Below are positions 29,867-40,215 of a DNA stretch of 64,000 nucleotides, in pieces. The DNA lies in contig OY970303.1 of assembly GCA_963716255.1 (NCBI GenBank), forward strand, positions 1,984,001 to 2,048,000, read 5' to 3'. Source of the DNA: an uncultured Gemmatimonadales bacterium (GTDB lineage: Bacteria > Gemmatimonadota > Gemmatimonadetes > Longimicrobiales > Longimicrobiaceae). The notes under the pieces were generated by a model that did not search any database, was not told the DNA's origin, and saw only the letters and a program-made list of their open reading frames with translations. Position numbers and translations under genes: made by a program. Position 1 is the first letter of the stretch. Every line of letters begins with the position of its first letter.

Positions 29867-30805
29867 TCATCCGCCGCCCGCCGCGGTGAGCTCCAGGTGC
29901 CTGAGCAGCCCCCGGGCGATCATCTCGTAGCCGACCGCGAGCTCGTAGCGGTCCACCAGGGCGTCGTCGCCCCCCGCGGCGCGGATCTCGGCGTCGCCCA
30001 GGCGGCGCAGGCCGGCCGCGACCTCGGCGGCGTCCGCGCCGCGCTCCCTCTGTGCCTGGGTCCACCCGGCCCAGAAGAAGAGGCGCGCGATGAGCCCGTC
30101 CAGGTGGGGGCCCGGGTCGTCGAAGCCGCCGAAGTGGGTCAGGTACAGCCGGCGGGGCCCGAGCGCGCGGATGCGCCCCACGCTTTCGCGCCAGAGGGCC
30201 AGGTCCACGTCGGGTGGCGGGGTGGGCGGGCGGACGTGCGCCGAGCCGGGGAGCCTCACGCCGGCCACGTCGCCGGTGAAGACGGCCCCGGCCGCGGGCT
30301 CGTGCAGCGCCAGGTGGTGCCCGGCGTGGCCGGGGGTGAACAGGGCCCGGAGGACGCGGCCGCCGATGGGTAGCTCCTCGCCGTCGGCAAGGGGGGCGAC
30401 GCGCTCGGCGGGGACGGGGAGGACCTCGCCCCAGAGCGCGTCCATGGCGTCGCCGAAGACGCGGCGGGCGCTGCGCACCAGCTTCGAGGGGTCCAGCAGG
30501 TGCGGGACGCCGGCGGGGTGGACGTGGACGCGCGCGTGCGGGGCGTGGCGGAGCAGGCTCCCGGCGCCCCCGGCGTGGTCCAGGTGCACGTGGGTGAGGA
30601 CCACGCGGCGCAGGTCGGCGGGGTCGAAGCCGGCGGCGCGGATCCCCTCCAGCAGCCGCGGCAGGGTGGACGCCGGGCCGGACTCCACCAGGGTGAGACC
30701 GTCCGCCCCGGGGAGGAGGAAGGAGGCGATCAGCTCCTCGCTCCCCTGGAAGCGGTGGTCGATGACCCAGGTGCCGGGCTCTGCTTCGCGGACGACGGAC
30801 GGCAT
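29867..30805 (-). CDS. MBL-fold metallo-hydrolase
   Basis: THVHLDHAGG, TPGHAGHH, FTGD, THFG. Confidence 0.93.
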   Translation of the reverse strand: MPSVVREAEPGTWVIDHRFQGSEELIASFLLPGADGLTLVESGPASTLPRLLEGIRAAGFDPADLRRVVLTHVHLDHAGGAGSLLRHAPHARVHVHPAGVPHLLDPSKLVRSARRVFGDAMDALWGEVLPVPAERVAPLADGEELPIGGRVLRALFTPGHAGHHLALHEPAAGAVFTGDVAGVRLPGSAHVRPPTPPPDVDLALWRESVGRIRALGPRRLYLTHFGGFDDPGPHLDGLIARLFFWAGWTQAQRERGADAAEVAAGLRRLGDAEIRAAGGDDALVDRYELAVGYEMIARGLLRHLELTAAGGG

Positions 30806-31024
30806 GCGCTGCTCGGGGTCGGGGCGTGGCTCGCGGGAGGCGAAAGGGTATCACCGCGGACCCGCGGGCGGAAGAGCGCGGTTACCCGCGGGAGGATGTG
30901 ACGGGGATGCGGCTCCGCGCCGCGCCGCGGCGGGGACTGGCCCCGGACACGCGCCGAGGTAGATTGAGCCCGGGTACCGCCGCGCCCGCCCCGCTCCCCG
31001 GCCGACCTCCCCACCCCGCCCCGC

Positions 31025-32827
31025 ATGCAATCCTCCCCTCCGGCCCCTCCCACGCTCTCCGACCGCCAGCTGGCGGTGGAGACCCCCGAGCACGTCGCCG
31101 TCGGCTACGAGCTGGCGGACCTGGGCTCTCGCTTCGCCGCCCTGCTCATCGACGGCTTCATCGTCTCCTGCGGGCTGCTGGTGTTCGCGGTGGGGATGCC
31201 TCTCCTGGGCGTGGCGCTGGGCGTGCCGGGTTGGTTGGCGGGAGTGGGGCTGGCGGCGATCATGCTGCTGTCCTTTGCCTGGGTGTGGGGGTACTTCGTG
31301 TACTTCGAGGGGCTGCGCGACGGGGAAACGCCCGGGAAGCGCAGGATGGGGATCCGGGTGGTGCACGACGGCGGCTACCCGCTGACGGTGCGCGGCGCCG
31401 CCGTCCGCAACCTCCTGCGCGTGGTGGACATGCAGCCGGGGATCACGTGGCTGGTGGGCGGCGCGGCGATGATGCTGCACGGCGAGACCAAGCGGCTGGG
31501 CGACATGGCGGCCGGCACGGTGGTGGTGCGGGAGCGTACGGCCGCCGTGCTCCCGGAGGAGGCCGCGGCGGGGGCGAACGCGGCCGGTCCGCCGCGCCTG
31601 TCGCCGGAGGAGTTCGACACCCTCGCCCGGTACGTGGCCCGCCGCGGCACGCTGCAGCCGGAGGTGAGGCACGGGCTGGCGAAGCGGCTGCTGGAGCGGC
31701 TGGAGCGGCACGCGGCGGACGACCCGCGGCGCGCGGGGATGAGCCAGGACGCGTACCTGGCGGTGCTGCACGCGGACGAGGCCGCCCGCCACGCGGCGCG
31801 CGGCTCCGCGGGGACGGGCACCGCGCAGGCGGCGGGGCTGGTGCGCCGCCAGCGCGCGGCCTGGGACGCGTACCGGGCGCTGCTGGAGCGCGCGCGGAAG
31901 CGCGGGCTGGCCGCGCTGCCGGAGCGCGAGGTGTCGCGCTTCGCCGCGCTGTACCGCGAGGTGGCGGCGGACCTGGCGCGCGCCCGCACCTACGGCGGGT
32001 CGCCCGAGCTGGTGTACGCCCTGGAGCGCTGGGTGGGGATGGGGCACAACCTGCTGTACCGCCCCCCGCGCCGCTCGTGGAAGCTGCTGCGGAGCTGGCT
32101 CACCGCCGGGTTCCCCGTGCTGGTGCGGCGGCGCTGGAGGCCCATCGCCCTGGCCGCCGCGTTCCTGTACCTCCCCGCCCTGCTGGCGTACGCCGCCGTC
32201 CGCGCCGACCCGCCGCGTGCCCGGGAGATGGTCCCGGCGGAGATGATGGTGCGCGCCGAGGAGGCGCGGCGGAAGGAGGCCGAGGGGGAGGGGTACGTGG
32301 AGGTGCCGGAGATCTTCATGCCCGCCATGGGGGCCGGGATCGTCGCCAACAACGTGCAGGTGACCTTCATGGCCTTCGCGGGGGGGATCCTGGCGGGGCT
32401 GGGGACGGCGGCCGTGCTGGTGTTCAACGGGGTCTTCCTGGGCGCCATCGCCGGGTTGTTCGCCAACATGGGAGCCAGCCTTCACCTGTGGACCTTCGTG
32501 CTGCCGCACGGGGCGATCGAGCTGACGGCGATCTGCATCGCGGGGGGCGCCGGGTTCCTGCTGGGCGCGGCGATCCTGCTCCCCGGGCGGCGCACCCGGC
32601 GCGAGGCGCTGGTGCGGCGGGGGAAGGAGGCGGTGTCGCTGCTGAGCGGGACGACCGTGCTCCTGCTGGTGGCGGGGACCATCGAGGGGTTCGTCTCCCC
32701 CGCCGACATCCCGCGGCCGCTGAAGATGTCGCTGGCCCTGCTGTTCGCGGCGCTGCTGGTGGCGTACCTGGGGCTCGCGGGGCGCGGCGAAGCGGGGCGG
32801 CGCGCGGCGGAGGAAGCCGACGCGTAA
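31025..32827 (+). CDS. RDD domain / SpoIIM (DUF95) fusion membrane protein
   Basis: ETPE..R..A.LID..TPGKR..KRLGD RDD part; NN, NG, PHGAIEL, IEGF SpoIIM part. Confidence 0.85.
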   Translation: MQSSPPAPPTLSDRQLAVETPEHVAVGYELADLGSRFAALLIDGFIVSCGLLVFAVGMPLLGVALGVPGWLAGVGLAAIMLLSFAWVWGYFVYFEGLRDGETPGKRRMGIRVVHDGGYPLTVRGAAVRNLLRVVDMQPGITWLVGGAAMMLHGETKRLGDMAAGTVVVRERTAAVLPEEAAAGANAAGPPRLSPEEFDTLARYVARRGTLQPEVRHGLAKRLLERLERHAADDPRRAGMSQDAYLAVLHADEAARHAARGSAGTGTAQAAGLVRRQRAAWDAYRALLERARKRGLAALPEREVSRFAALYREVAADLARARTYGGSPELVYALERWVGMGHNLLYRPPRRSWKLLRSWLTAGFPVLVRRRWRPIALAAAFLYLPALLAYAAVRADPPRAREMVPAEMMVRAEEARRKEAEGEGYVEVPEIFMPAMGAGIVANNVQVTFMAFAGGILAGLGTAAVLVFNGVFLGAIAGLFANMGASLHLWTFVLPHGAIELTAICIAGGAGFLLGAAILLPGRRTRREALVRRGKEAVSLLSGTTVLLLVAGTIEGFVSPADIPRPLKMSLALLFAALLVAYLGLAGRGEAGRRAAEEADA

Positions 32828-32933
32828 ACCACGCCGCGGCACCTTGCCCGACGGGCGCCGCGCCGCTAGCATCATGTGGTTCCACAGGCACTTGCCTTCC
32901 CTCCCGCCGGTCGCTCCCCCGGAGTATCGCCGA

Positions 32934-33749
32934 ATGTCCCGCACGCCAGCAGCCGGCCGGCGCGCCGTCCTGACCGTGCTCGCAGCCCTCGCGCTCGCCG
33001 GGTGCGCCCCCGCCGAGGGCGCCTCCGTGGCCGACGCGGGCGACTTCCGCGTGGTCTACGAGTCCGCCCGGGACCCCGAGTACCGCCAGTGGCAGGCCGA
33101 CCTGCGCCAGGTGCGGGTGCTGGAGGACGTGGCCGAGGCGCTCAACCGCACCTTCGTCCTCCCGCAGGACGTGCGGCTGGCCTTTTCCGAGTGCGGCGAG
33201 CCCAACGCGTTCTACGACCCCGACGTGCGCCGCATCCGCATCTGCTACGAGCTGATGGACGAGATGTACGGGGTGTTCGACGGGACCACCGTCTCGGAGG
33301 AGGAGCTGAACGAGGCCGCGTGGGGGGCGATCTACTTCACCCTGTACCACGAGCTGGGGCACGCGCTGGTGGACCTGTGGGACATCCCCATCACCGGGCG
33401 CGAGGAGGACGCGGTGGACCAGCTCGCCGCCTTCCTGCTCACCGACGGCACGGAGGAGGGCGAGGCCGCGGCCATCAACGGGGCGAACGCCTTCCTGCTG
33501 GAGCACGACCGCGAGGGAGGCAGCGTGGACGAGTCGGCGCTGTGGAACGAGCACTCGCTGGACCCGCAGCGCTTCTACAACATCATCTGCTGGGTGTACG
33601 GGCGCGACCCGGAGGCCTATGCGTACCTGATCGACGACGGCACGCTGCCCAGGGAGCGGGCGGAGCTGTGCGGCGAGGAGTACGAGCGGCTGGACCGGAG
33701 CTGGACGGGGCTGCTGTCTCCTTATTTAAAAGAGCAGGAAGGGGAATAG
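32934..33749 (+). CDS. DUF4344-type metallopeptidase lipoprotein
   Basis: Lipobox LAGC; CGEPNAFY, HELGH, GREEDAVD. Confidence 0.85.
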   Translation: MSRTPAAGRRAVLTVLAALALAGCAPAEGASVADAGDFRVVYESARDPEYRQWQADLRQVRVLEDVAEALNRTFVLPQDVRLAFSECGEPNAFYDPDVRRIRICYELMDEMYGVFDGTTVSEEELNEAAWGAIYFTLYHELGHALVDLWDIPITGREEDAVDQLAAFLLTDGTEEGEAAAINGANAFLLEHDREGGSVDESALWNEHSLDPQRFYNIICWVYGRDPEAYAYLIDDGTLPRERAELCGEEYERLDRSWTGLLSPYLKEQEGE

Positions 33750-33757
33750 CGGCATCT

Positions 33758-33886
33758 GGGCATGACCCCCGCTGGCGCGGGGGTCGGGCTGCGGCTCCGT
33801 AGCAGACGAAACGACCGTCTGCAACGGAGTCGAGCCCGCGCAAACAGCCGCGCGGTCTCGCCCCTGCGGGCCGACATCCCTCATGC
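33758..33886 (+). repeat. Structured element A, copy 7 (GCATG/CATGC subtype)
   Basis: GGGCATG...CCCTCATGC, 8 nt after a stop codon. Confidence 0.93.
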
Positions 33887-33890
33887 GACG

Positions 33891-33927
33891 GCGCCGCCAC
33901 CGGGAGATCCCGGTGGCGGCGTCTTTT
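33891..33927. terminator. Hairpin module C between convergent genes
   Basis: CGCCGCCACCGGGA-GA-TCCCGGTGGCGGCG then TCTTTT. Confidence 0.6.
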
Positions 33928-33962
33928 CGTACTCCATGCCGCGTGCTTCGTACTGCCGTCGG

Positions 33963-34313
33963 TCAGCGCACGTCCAGCAGCTCCACGTCGAACACCAGGG
34001 TGCTGTTCGCGGGGATCGGGCCCACGGGGCGGGCGCCGTAGCCCAGGCTGGCGGGGATCACCAGCGTGCGGCGGCCGCCCACCTTCATCCCCGCCACGCC
34101 CTCGTCCCAGCCCTGGATCACGCGGCCGGCGCCCAGCGGGAACTCGAAGGGCTGGCCGCGGTCGCGGCTGCTGTCGAACTTGGTGCCGTCGGTCAGGGTG
34201 CCGGTGTAGTGCACGGCCACGGTCCTGCCGCGGGTGGCCTCGGCGCCGGTGCCGGCCTGGTCGTCGCGCCACTGGAGGCCGCTGGGGGTGGTGGTCATGT
34301 CGTCGGTGTTCAC
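33963..34313 (-). CDS. FKBP-type peptidyl-prolyl isomerase
   Basis: VHYTGTL.DG.KFDSS, VIQGWDEG, IPANSTLVFDVEL; start GTG 34313 or ATG 34298. Confidence 0.95.
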   Translation of the reverse strand: MNTDDMTTTPSGLQWRDDQAGTGAEATRGRTVAVHYTGTLTDGTKFDSSRDRGQPFEFPLGAGRVIQGWDEGVAGMKVGGRRTLVIPASLGYGARPVGPIPANSTLVFDVELLDVR

Positions 34314-34526
34314 GTCCTTCTCCGGTCCAGGGTGATGCGCCCGGCGGGCGGCGCCTCCGTCCCGCCGTGGTTCCACGGCGCGGAGGGTAGCGGTGGAGGA
34401 CGGCCGCGGCAAGGCGCGTTCCCGCCACGCGGCGCGGGCACGCCGTTTGACGGTCCCCCGGCGCGCGCGTACTCTTGGGCACCACGCGGAGCCACGGCAC
34501 GCAGCCGCGGACGCCAGCTCGGACCC

Positions 34527-34654
34527 GCGTGAGGGATTTCGGCCCGAAGGGGCGAGACCGCGCGGCTGTTTGCGCGGGCTCGACTCCGTTGAGCACGGTT
34601 GTTTCGTGCTCTACGGAGCCGAAGCCCGACCCCGGCGCAGCCGGGGGCACGCCC
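34527..34654 (-). repeat. Structured element A, copy 8
   Basis: Full core; variable stem GAGCACG/CGTGCTC. Confidence 0.95.
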
Positions 34655-34706
34655 GAACCAGCGGTTCAACGCAGTTCCATCCGGAGCCCCCTCGCCACGC
34701 CACTCC

Positions 34707-36476
34707 ATGACCCGACGCACGCAGCTCCTCGCGGCCGCGCTCCTGGCCCTCGCCCCCGCCGCGCAGGCGCAGACCGGGACGTACACCGCCACCGCCCGCG
34801 CCGCGGACTCCGCCGCCGCGCTCGCCGCGTTCCGCTCCAACATCGGCGCCATCCACGGCCGCGACCGCGCCGCCTACCTGCGTCACTACCTGCAGAGCCC
34901 GCGGCTGGCGCGCACGGGGCCCGGCGGCGTGCAGTGGGGGTACGCGGGGCTGGCCGGGGGCGACCCGGACTCGTGGCCGGACACGCTGGTGGCCACGCAC
35001 TTCGAGGTGGTCCCCGTGGCGCCGGGGGTGGCGTACGGAGCCTACCGCTACCGGGTGGTGCAGGGCAGCAGCTCGCGCGGCGTCTCGGAGCGGGTGCTGG
35101 TGAAGCAGCCGGACGGCACGTGGAAGGTGGCGGTCTCCACCGCGTTCGGCTCGCCGGGGGACGCGCCGGTGCCGGCCTTCGCGCTGACGGGCGCCACCAT
35201 CCTCGACGGCACGGGGGCGGCGCCGCGGGTGGGGACGGTGGTGATGCGGGACGGCAAGGTGGCGTGCGTGGGCACGTGCGAGCTGGGGCCGGACGTGGAG
35301 ACGATCGACGCGCGGGGGAAGTGGATCGTCCCCGGGCTGGTGGACGCGCACGTGCACTACTCGCAGACGGGGTGGGCGGACGGACGCCCGGACGCGCTGG
35401 ACCTGCGCGACCGCTTCCCCTACGACTCCACGGTGGCGGAGCTGGAGCGCAACCCGGAGCGCTTCTACCGCAGCTGGCTCTGCTCGGGGGTGACGGCCAC
35501 CTTCGACGTGGGCGGCTACCCCTGGACGTGGGGGCTGCGGGCGCGGGCGGAGCGCTCCACCTCGGCGCCGCACGTGGCGGCGGCGGGGCCGCTCCTTTCC
35601 ACGCGTGACCACTGGCTCAACGTCCCTGCCTCGCGGCAGTTCGTGTTCATGGGGAGCGACAGCGCCGCCCGCGCCGGGGCGCGCATGGTGGCGGCGAACC
35701 GGAGCGACGCGCTCAAGGTGTGGTACCTGGTGGGCCCCGAGAGCCCCGACACCGCGGGGTGGAAGGCGCGGCTCCGGGCCGGGGCGGAGGAAGCCCGGCG
35801 GGCGGGGATCCCGCTGATCGTGCACGCCACCGGGCTGTGGCCGGCAAAGGACGCGCTGCGCGCCGGGGCCGCCCTGCTCGTGCACTCGGTGGGCGACCGG
35901 CCGGTGGACGACGAGTTCCTCGCGCTGATGAAGCGCAACGGTGCCGTGTACACGCCCACGCTCACCGTGCGCGACGGCTACGTGCAGCTGGCCGACCGCC
36001 GCTTCGACCCCACGGGGCTGGAGATGGGGTGCGTGGACCCGGCCACCCGCCGCAAGGCGTACCTCACCGACTCGCTCCCCAACCCGCAGCCGATGCGGCC
36101 AGCCGTCCGCGAGCAACTGGCGCGGGAGTACCGGACGATGCTGGCGAACCTCAAGCGGGTGAGCGACGCGGGGATCCCGGTGGCGATGGGGACGGACGCG
36201 GGGAACCCGCTGACGCTGCACGGTCCATCGATCTACCGCGAGATGGAGGCGATGGTGGAGGCGGGGATGACGCCCATGCAGGTGCTGGTGGCTGCGACGC
36301 GGGGCGGCGCGCGGGCGATGGGGCGCACGGACATCGGCACGCTGGAGCCGGGGAAGCTGGCGGACCTGGTGGTGCTGGACGCGGACCCGCTGGCGAGCAT
36401 CGGCAACCTGCGGCGGGTGGCGCTGGTGGCGCGCGGCGGCGAGCTGTGGACGCGGAAGGAGCTGGAGTACCGCTGA
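34707..36476 (+). CDS. Secreted amidohydrolase with N-terminal NTF2-like domain
   Basis: Signal peptide; PGLVDAHVH, GTDAG, GKLADLVVL. Confidence 0.85.
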   Translation: MTRRTQLLAAALLALAPAAQAQTGTYTATARAADSAAALAAFRSNIGAIHGRDRAAYLRHYLQSPRLARTGPGGVQWGYAGLAGGDPDSWPDTLVATHFEVVPVAPGVAYGAYRYRVVQGSSSRGVSERVLVKQPDGTWKVAVSTAFGSPGDAPVPAFALTGATILDGTGAAPRVGTVVMRDGKVACVGTCELGPDVETIDARGKWIVPGLVDAHVHYSQTGWADGRPDALDLRDRFPYDSTVAELERNPERFYRSWLCSGVTATFDVGGYPWTWGLRARAERSTSAPHVAAAGPLLSTRDHWLNVPASRQFVFMGSDSAARAGARMVAANRSDALKVWYLVGPESPDTAGWKARLRAGAEEARRAGIPLIVHATGLWPAKDALRAGAALLVHSVGDRPVDDEFLALMKRNGAVYTPTLTVRDGYVQLADRRFDPTGLEMGCVDPATRRKAYLTDSLPNPQPMRPAVREQLAREYRTMLANLKRVSDAGIPVAMGTDAGNPLTLHGPSIYREMEAMVEAGMTPMQVLVAATRGGARAMGRTDIGTLEPGKLADLVVLDADPLASIGNLRRVALVARGGELWTRKELEYR

Positions 36477-36955
36477 TGACGAAACGAGCCCTGCTCCTCG
36501 CCGCCGTGCTCGCGGCCGGGTGCGGCGAGGAAAAGCCGGAGACGCCGCTCCCCGAGCCCGTGCCCACCCCCGGCGTCCCGACCACGGCGGTGGCGGGGGA
36601 CAAGGTGATCGTGCGGCGCGTTCCCCCCGAGGGCTTCGAGTGGCCGGGCGACGTGGTGGTCACCGCCCCGGAGCAGGGGGAGATCCGGGTGGTTTACAGC
36701 CTGGACAACCCCTGCCGCCACGTGCCGCGCCGGGCGCTGTCCAGCCGGCGCGGGGACACGGTAGCCCTGGTGGTCACCTGGCCCCCGGTGACGCCGGACA
36801 GCTCGCGGAAGTGCCCGCCCAACATCACGCCGTACGCGTACCGGATGGACGTGGACGGCGTCCCCGCCGGCAGGCACGTCCTCGCCCTGTTCGAGGCCAT
36901 CGAGGGTCAGAGGGCCGCGGCGCTCTCGTACACCAAGGAAGTGACGGTGAAGTAG
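36476..36955 (+). CDS. Hypothetical lipoprotein
   Basis: TGATG overlap with the upstream gene; MTKRALLLAAVLAAGC lipobox. Confidence 0.75.
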   Translation: MTKRALLLAAVLAAGCGEEKPETPLPEPVPTPGVPTTAVAGDKVIVRRVPPEGFEWPGDVVVTAPEQGEIRVVYSLDNPCRHVPRRALSSRRGDTVALVVTWPPVTPDSSRKCPPNITPYAYRMDVDGVPAGRHVLALFEAIEGQRAAALSYTKEVTVK

Positions 36956-36957
36956 CC

Positions 36958-37671
36958 ATGCTGGACCTCCCCGGCCGGACCCTGATCCTGGGCCACCGCG
37001 GTGCACCGCTGGAGGCGCCGGAGAACACCTTCGGCGGCTTCCGGCTGGCGGTGGAGCACGGCGCCGACGGCGTGGAGCTGGACGTGCAGCGCTCCGCCGA
37101 CGGCGCGCCGGTGGTGATCCACGACCTGACGCTGGACCGCACCACCGACGGGAGCGGCGAGGTGCGCACCCACAGCTGGGCCGAGCTGTCGCGGCTGCAC
37201 GCCGGTCCGGGAGAGCCGCTGCGGCGCCTGGGCGAGGTGGCCGACTGGGCCGCGGGGGCCGGCGCCTGGCTCAACGTGGAGCTCAAGGGCGAGGGGACCG
37301 AGGCCGCCACCCTCGCGACGCTGGAGCGCGCCGGGGTCCTGGAGCGGAGCCTGGTCTCTTCCTTCCTCCCCACGGTGGTGCTGGAGGTGGGGCGGCTGGC
37401 GCCGGGCATCCGCCGCGCGCTGGTCACCGAAGTCTGGGACCCCACCGTGGCCGGGCTGGTGCGCGACAGCGGGGCCGGCGGCGTGTGCATCCACCGCGCC
37501 CTCGCCACGCCGGAGCGACTGGCGGAGCTGGCCGCCGCGGGTCTCTCGGTGGTGGTGTGGACGGTGGACGACCCCGCCGAAGTCCGCGCCCTGCTCCGCG
37601 CCGGGGTTGCGGCGATCATCACCAACGACCCCCGCCGCGCGGTGGCCGCGCGGCGCGAAGCGGAGGGGTGA
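36958..37671 (+). CDS. Glycerophosphodiester phosphodiesterase
   Basis: GHRG..PENT..GVELDV..VVIHD..L.RTT, NVELK, WTVD. Confidence 0.93.
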   Translation: MLDLPGRTLILGHRGAPLEAPENTFGGFRLAVEHGADGVELDVQRSADGAPVVIHDLTLDRTTDGSGEVRTHSWAELSRLHAGPGEPLRRLGEVADWAAGAGAWLNVELKGEGTEAATLATLERAGVLERSLVSSFLPTVVLEVGRLAPGIRRALVTEVWDPTVAGLVRDSGAGGVCIHRALATPERLAELAAAGLSVVVWTVDDPAEVRALLRAGVAAIITNDPRRAVAARREAEG

Positions 37672-37763
37672 CGCCGCTCCCTGGCGCGTCCCTTGCCGCT
37701 CCCCCACCCCCGGACCGCCGGCGGCCTCGCCGGCGACCCTGCATCCACACGCGTCCCAGGCCC

Positions 37764-39938
37764 ATGCTGCTCGCCCACCTCGCCGCCCTGCTGGCGTTCC
37801 AGGGGACCCCCGCGCCCGCGCAGTCGCCCGTGCCCGCGCCGGACACCCTGGGCGCCTTCGACTCGCCCGACACGCGCGCGCTGGTGGAGCGCGTGGTCCG
37901 CGCAGGCTCCGTGGTCCCGCAGGAGCTGACCGACTACCGGGCCGACTACCGCACCGCCGTGTACCTGTCGCTGCGCCCGGACTCCGCCACGGCGGGCGAG
38001 GTGCCGGTGACGGTGGACGAGTTCGCGGGCGAGGTGCGCTGGGCGCGCAGCGGGAGCCTGCGCCAGGAGGTGCAGGGGCACCGCATCCGCCTGCTGGCGC
38101 CCACCCCCTACACCATCGGCACGCTGCTGGAGCAGCCGTGGATCGTCCCGCACCTGTACGGGCAGACCATCGAGCTCTTCCAGCTTTCCCCCGCTCCCGC
38201 CCGCAACGCCGCGGGGCGCCCGGTGCGGCGCGTGTCCCGCGCGGTGCACCCCTTCTCCGCGCGCGGGCTGGAGCTGTACCGCTACACGGCCGGCGACACG
38301 GTGCGGGTGACCACCACGGAGGGGGTGGTGCGCCTGGCCACCATCGAGGTGCGCCCGCGCGGCGTGGTGGCGGGCGGCAACGCGCCGCGGGTGGTGGCGG
38401 GCTCCTTCCAGGTGGACCTGGACCGCGCCGCGATCGCGCGGGCGCGCTTCGGCTTCGCCGAGCCGGACGGCCGCTTCCGCCTGAGCCGCACCGGCGTGTT
38501 CTTCGAGATGGAGAACGGGCTGGTGCAGGGGCGCTTCTGGCTCCCGTACCGGCAGCGCCAGGAGATCCAGGTGGCCTCGCCGCTCCTGGGCGGCGCCGCG
38601 GCGATCCGGGTGGCGACGGGGATCTCCGGCTACGACCTGAACGGCGGCTGGGCCCCGGAGGAGGTGGGGCGCTACACCCTGGTGCGCAACGAGCAGGGCG
38701 ACGAGGCGTTCCGGGAGTGGGGGAGCACGGTGGGCGAGGGGATCGGCGACTACGACATCGCCGACTTCGGCGACCTGGCGCGGGCCACCACGGGCGGCGC
38801 CGCGCGCGACCAGGGGGTGCGCGTTTCCTTCCTGCCGCGGCGCGGCGAGCACTTCTTCCGCTACAACCGGGTGGAGGGCCCCTTCCTGGGCGGCGCCGTG
38901 GGCGCCGAGGAGACCCGCCCGGACGGCGCCCGCTGGGAGGTGTACGCCACCGCGGGGTGGGCCTTCGCGGAAAAGACGGGGCGCGGGGAGGCCACGGCGC
39001 GCTGGACGGACGAGTCGGTGGGGCCGTTCGGGCAGCGGCAGGGGTGGAGCGCCTCCACCGCAGTGTACCGGAGGCTCCGCGACACCCAGGTCTTCCGCCC
39101 GGCCTTCCGCTGGGACCTGGGCTACTCGCTGAACGCGGCGCTCGGCGGCTACGACATCCTGGACTACTACGACGCCACCGGCGCCGAGGCCTTCGCCGGG
39201 ATCCGCCGCGGCCCCTGGACCGGACGGCTGGGCGGCCGCTTCGAGAGGCACGACTCGGTAACCCGCAACACGGAGTCGTTCCTCTTCGGGGACGCGCGCC
39301 GCTTCCCCGAAGTGGCCCCGGCGGACGAGGGGACGCACGCCGGGGTGGAGGGCGAGGTGCGCTACGGGCTGGGCGGCGGCGCGTTCTCGGTGGGAAACAG
39401 CCTGGTGGCCTCGGTACGCGGCGAGACGGGCTTCGCGGACTGGCGGTTCGGCCGCGTCACCGGCTTCCTGGCCGCTCGCCGCTCGCTGGGCCCCTACCTG
39501 ACGCTGGCGCTGCGCGGCGACGCCGGCCACGTGGCCGGCGACGTCCCGCCGCAGGGTCTGATCCGCTTCGGCGAGGCCGAGGGGCTGCGCGGCTACGCGC
39601 CCAACGAGTTCGGCGGCACAACCGCCGGCATCGGCCGCGCGCGCCTGCTCCTCTTCCTCCCGCCCTACACGCAGCGGCCGCTGGCGCGCTCCAGCTTTCT
39701 CATCATCCCCCCCCTGCGCCCCGCGATCGCCCTTTCGGGCTCGTCCGCCTGGGCCGACGTGGCCGCGGGCTCCACCGACGAGCTGCTCCGCGTGGGCTCG
39801 CGCCCCACCGACGGCGCCCGCCGCACCGTGGGCATCGGCGTCAGCATCTTCGAGGACGCGCTGTCGCTGGAGTACTCGAAGCCGCTGGAAGACGGCGAGG
39901 AGGGGCGGTGGACGTTCGGGCTGGTGTCGTGGTTCTGA
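37764..39938 (+). CDS. Outer-membrane beta-barrel protein with large N-terminal domain
   Basis: RYNRVEG, LRGY motif, alternating strands, C-terminal aromatic ..VSWF. Confidence 0.7.
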   Translation: MLLAHLAALLAFQGTPAPAQSPVPAPDTLGAFDSPDTRALVERVVRAGSVVPQELTDYRADYRTAVYLSLRPDSATAGEVPVTVDEFAGEVRWARSGSLRQEVQGHRIRLLAPTPYTIGTLLEQPWIVPHLYGQTIELFQLSPAPARNAAGRPVRRVSRAVHPFSARGLELYRYTAGDTVRVTTTEGVVRLATIEVRPRGVVAGGNAPRVVAGSFQVDLDRAAIARARFGFAEPDGRFRLSRTGVFFEMENGLVQGRFWLPYRQRQEIQVASPLLGGAAAIRVATGISGYDLNGGWAPEEVGRYTLVRNEQGDEAFREWGSTVGEGIGDYDIADFGDLARATTGGAARDQGVRVSFLPRRGEHFFRYNRVEGPFLGGAVGAEETRPDGARWEVYATAGWAFAEKTGRGEATARWTDESVGPFGQRQGWSASTAVYRRLRDTQVFRPAFRWDLGYSLNAALGGYDILDYYDATGAEAFAGIRRGPWTGRLGGRFERHDSVTRNTESFLFGDARRFPEVAPADEGTHAGVEGEVRYGLGGGAFSVGNSLVASVRGETGFADWRFGRVTGFLAARRSLGPYLTLALRGDAGHVAGDVPPQGLIRFGEAEGLRGYAPNEFGGTTAGIGRARLLLFLPPYTQRPLARSSFLIIPPLRPAIALSGSSAWADVAAGSTDELLRVGSRPTDGARRTVGIGVSIFEDALSLEYSKPLEDGEEGRWTFGLVSWF

Positions 39939-39975
39939 GGAGCGGAGTGCGAAAGTGAGGAGCGCGAGAGCAGTC

Positions 39976-40104
39976 GCGTGAGGGATTACGGCCCGAAGGG
40001 GCGAGACCCGCGGGCAGTTTCGCGGGTCTCGACTCCGTTACGCACGGTTTCATCGTGCGTTACGGAGCCGAAGCCCGACCCCGGCGCCAGCCGGGGGCAC
40101 GCCC
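39976..40104 (-). repeat. Structured element A, copy 9
   Basis: Full core. Confidence 0.95.
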
Positions 40105-40215
40105 GAACCCGTGTTTCAGGTCGCAGGTCCCCGCCGTCCACGGTCCCGTCCTTGCAATCCGTGGGACCCTGAAGCGCAGGCCAGACGAGTCCAAACGCGA
40201 GCACGGAGTCCAGCA

